A DNA stretch of 64,000 nt from Leptogorgia sarmentosa (Eukaryota). The notes under the pieces were generated by a model. The model searched no databases, was not told the DNA's origin, and saw only the letters and a list, made by a program, of their open reading frames with translations. A program made the position numbers and the translations under genes. Each line of letters starts with the position of its first letter. Within the stretch, counting starts at the first letter, position 1. Shown one piece after another: positions 62,779 through 64,000 of the stretch. Location: contig OZ210885.1 in NCBI GenBank assembly GCA_964658305.1, positions 19,530,001 through 19,594,000 of the forward strand, written 5' to 3'.

Positions 62779-64000
62779 ATGTATTGTGCTTTTTGTGGAG
62801 AAATAGTAACACAAGATGGTATATGCGATGAATGTTATTCCCAGCGAAATGTTGAACAACTAATAACACACTATTTTCATTATGGATACCCGTATGAAGC
62901 AATTGTCGGTCTTTTAGAGAAAAAAGGTATTCACATGTGCGTGCGAACTCTGAAAAGGCGTTTACGAATTCTTGGTTTGAGAAGAAAATGTAATGGTACG
63001 ATCAGAGCAGCGATCCAACATGAAATGCAAGGGGCAGGAGAGCTATCGGGCTACAGAACTGTTTGGCACGCGCTACGTTTAAGACACCATATTCATGTGC
63101 CTCGCAGTTTGGTTGCTGAAATAATGAAGGAAATCGATCCCATTGGTGTAGAAGAAAGACGAGCACGAAGATTGAAGAGAAGAACATTCAATTCAAAAGG
63201 GGCAAACGCCACTTGGCACATGGACGGTAAGTGATACTAGGTATTGTGCTAACAGAACTAACATGTTTTTGGTTTTCACAGTTTCTGTACATACATCATA
63301 AATAAAATCTCACTACTGTCAACGTTCATGCCGACCATTGGTCATGCCGACCATTGGTCATGCAGACCAATTCATAGGGTTAACATGTACAGGGTTTAGT
63401 TGATAAAAGATTGCAACGTTAGAAAAATGCAACTAAGGAAGACTGGGGGGAAATGGAGTGCATGGAATGAAGCCATTACTACTTGTTTATTTTCTTGTAC
63501 GTGACATTTACAAGCTATGACAAACTAAAGCCGTACGGCTTTCCCGTCCATGGTGCTATTGACGGATTTAGTCGCAGGATTTTATGGCTGGAACTAGCCC
63601 GATCTAACAACAATCCTAAAGTAGCCGCAACGTTCTATCTTAACCAAGTTAAAGAGATAAACGGATGTCCTTTACAACTAATATCTGACTGCGGCACAGA
63701 AAATGGCATTGCTGCTTCCATGCAGTGTTTCTTCCGTCGAAATGGTGACGATGAGCTAGCAGGCGAAAAATCTCATAAGTATTGTTCATCACCTTCAAAC
63801 CAACGCATAGAGGCATGGTGGTCTTTCTTAAGAAGACGTAGATCGAACTGGTGGATAAACCTATTCAAGGACATGATTGAAAACAACATACTTGATTTGG
63901 GAAACGAATTTCATCTTGAATGTTTGTGGTTCTGCTTTTCGAGGGTTCTGCAGAATGACTTGGACAAAGTCAAAGAACATTGGAACAGCCACAAAGTTAG
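62779..64000 (+). pseudogene. IS3EU-type integrase-core transposase, runs off the window; intron 63227-63513
   Basis: 'RTLKRRLRILGLRR', 'GYRTVWHAL', 'WHMDG|YDKLKPYGFPVHGAIDGFSRRILWL', 'SDCGTENG', 'NQRIEAWWS'. Confidence 0.85.

Noticed and set aside
62779..64000. Intact active IS3EU transposase
   Set aside because: The in-frame acceptor reads AA rather than AG at 63512-63513, and the adjacent AG would shift the frame.

Overview
This is AT-rich eukaryotic DNA (animal, probably cnidarian; inferred from the TE families present) with no recognisable host protein-coding gene. It is a dense, nested transposon graveyard. From left to right: a CACTA/EnSpm remnant, a decayed BEL/Pao retrotransposon, hAT fragments, a tyrosine-recombinase-like relic and MITEs; a U1 snRNA copy next to a Utopia/NeSL-like RT fragment and a Tx1 ORF1; a complete CARF-SWIM-Ulp1 Mutator element with a 9-bp TSD; an IS3EU-type accessory gene, a CryptonA, LINE pieces and a PHD-FLYWCH MULE; a near full-length PAT-like DIRS retrotransposon; a Zator interrupted by a 12.3-kb Sola3 (itself carrying an L2, a HINE-like element, a second PAT-like element and a Crypton); then Academ and IS3EU remnants. 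The most striking observation concerns the two PAT-like tyrosine-recombinase retrotransposons. Each has a short Pro/Gln/Ala-rich leader exon followed by a long putative intron holding an array of about 20 short hairpin repeats at about 43-nt spacing, and the repeat sequence is unrelated between the two elements. In the fuller copy the single leader exon can be spliced in frame to three separate acceptors that open gag, pol and the recombinase. All family assignments come from motif recognition by eye, not from database searches.
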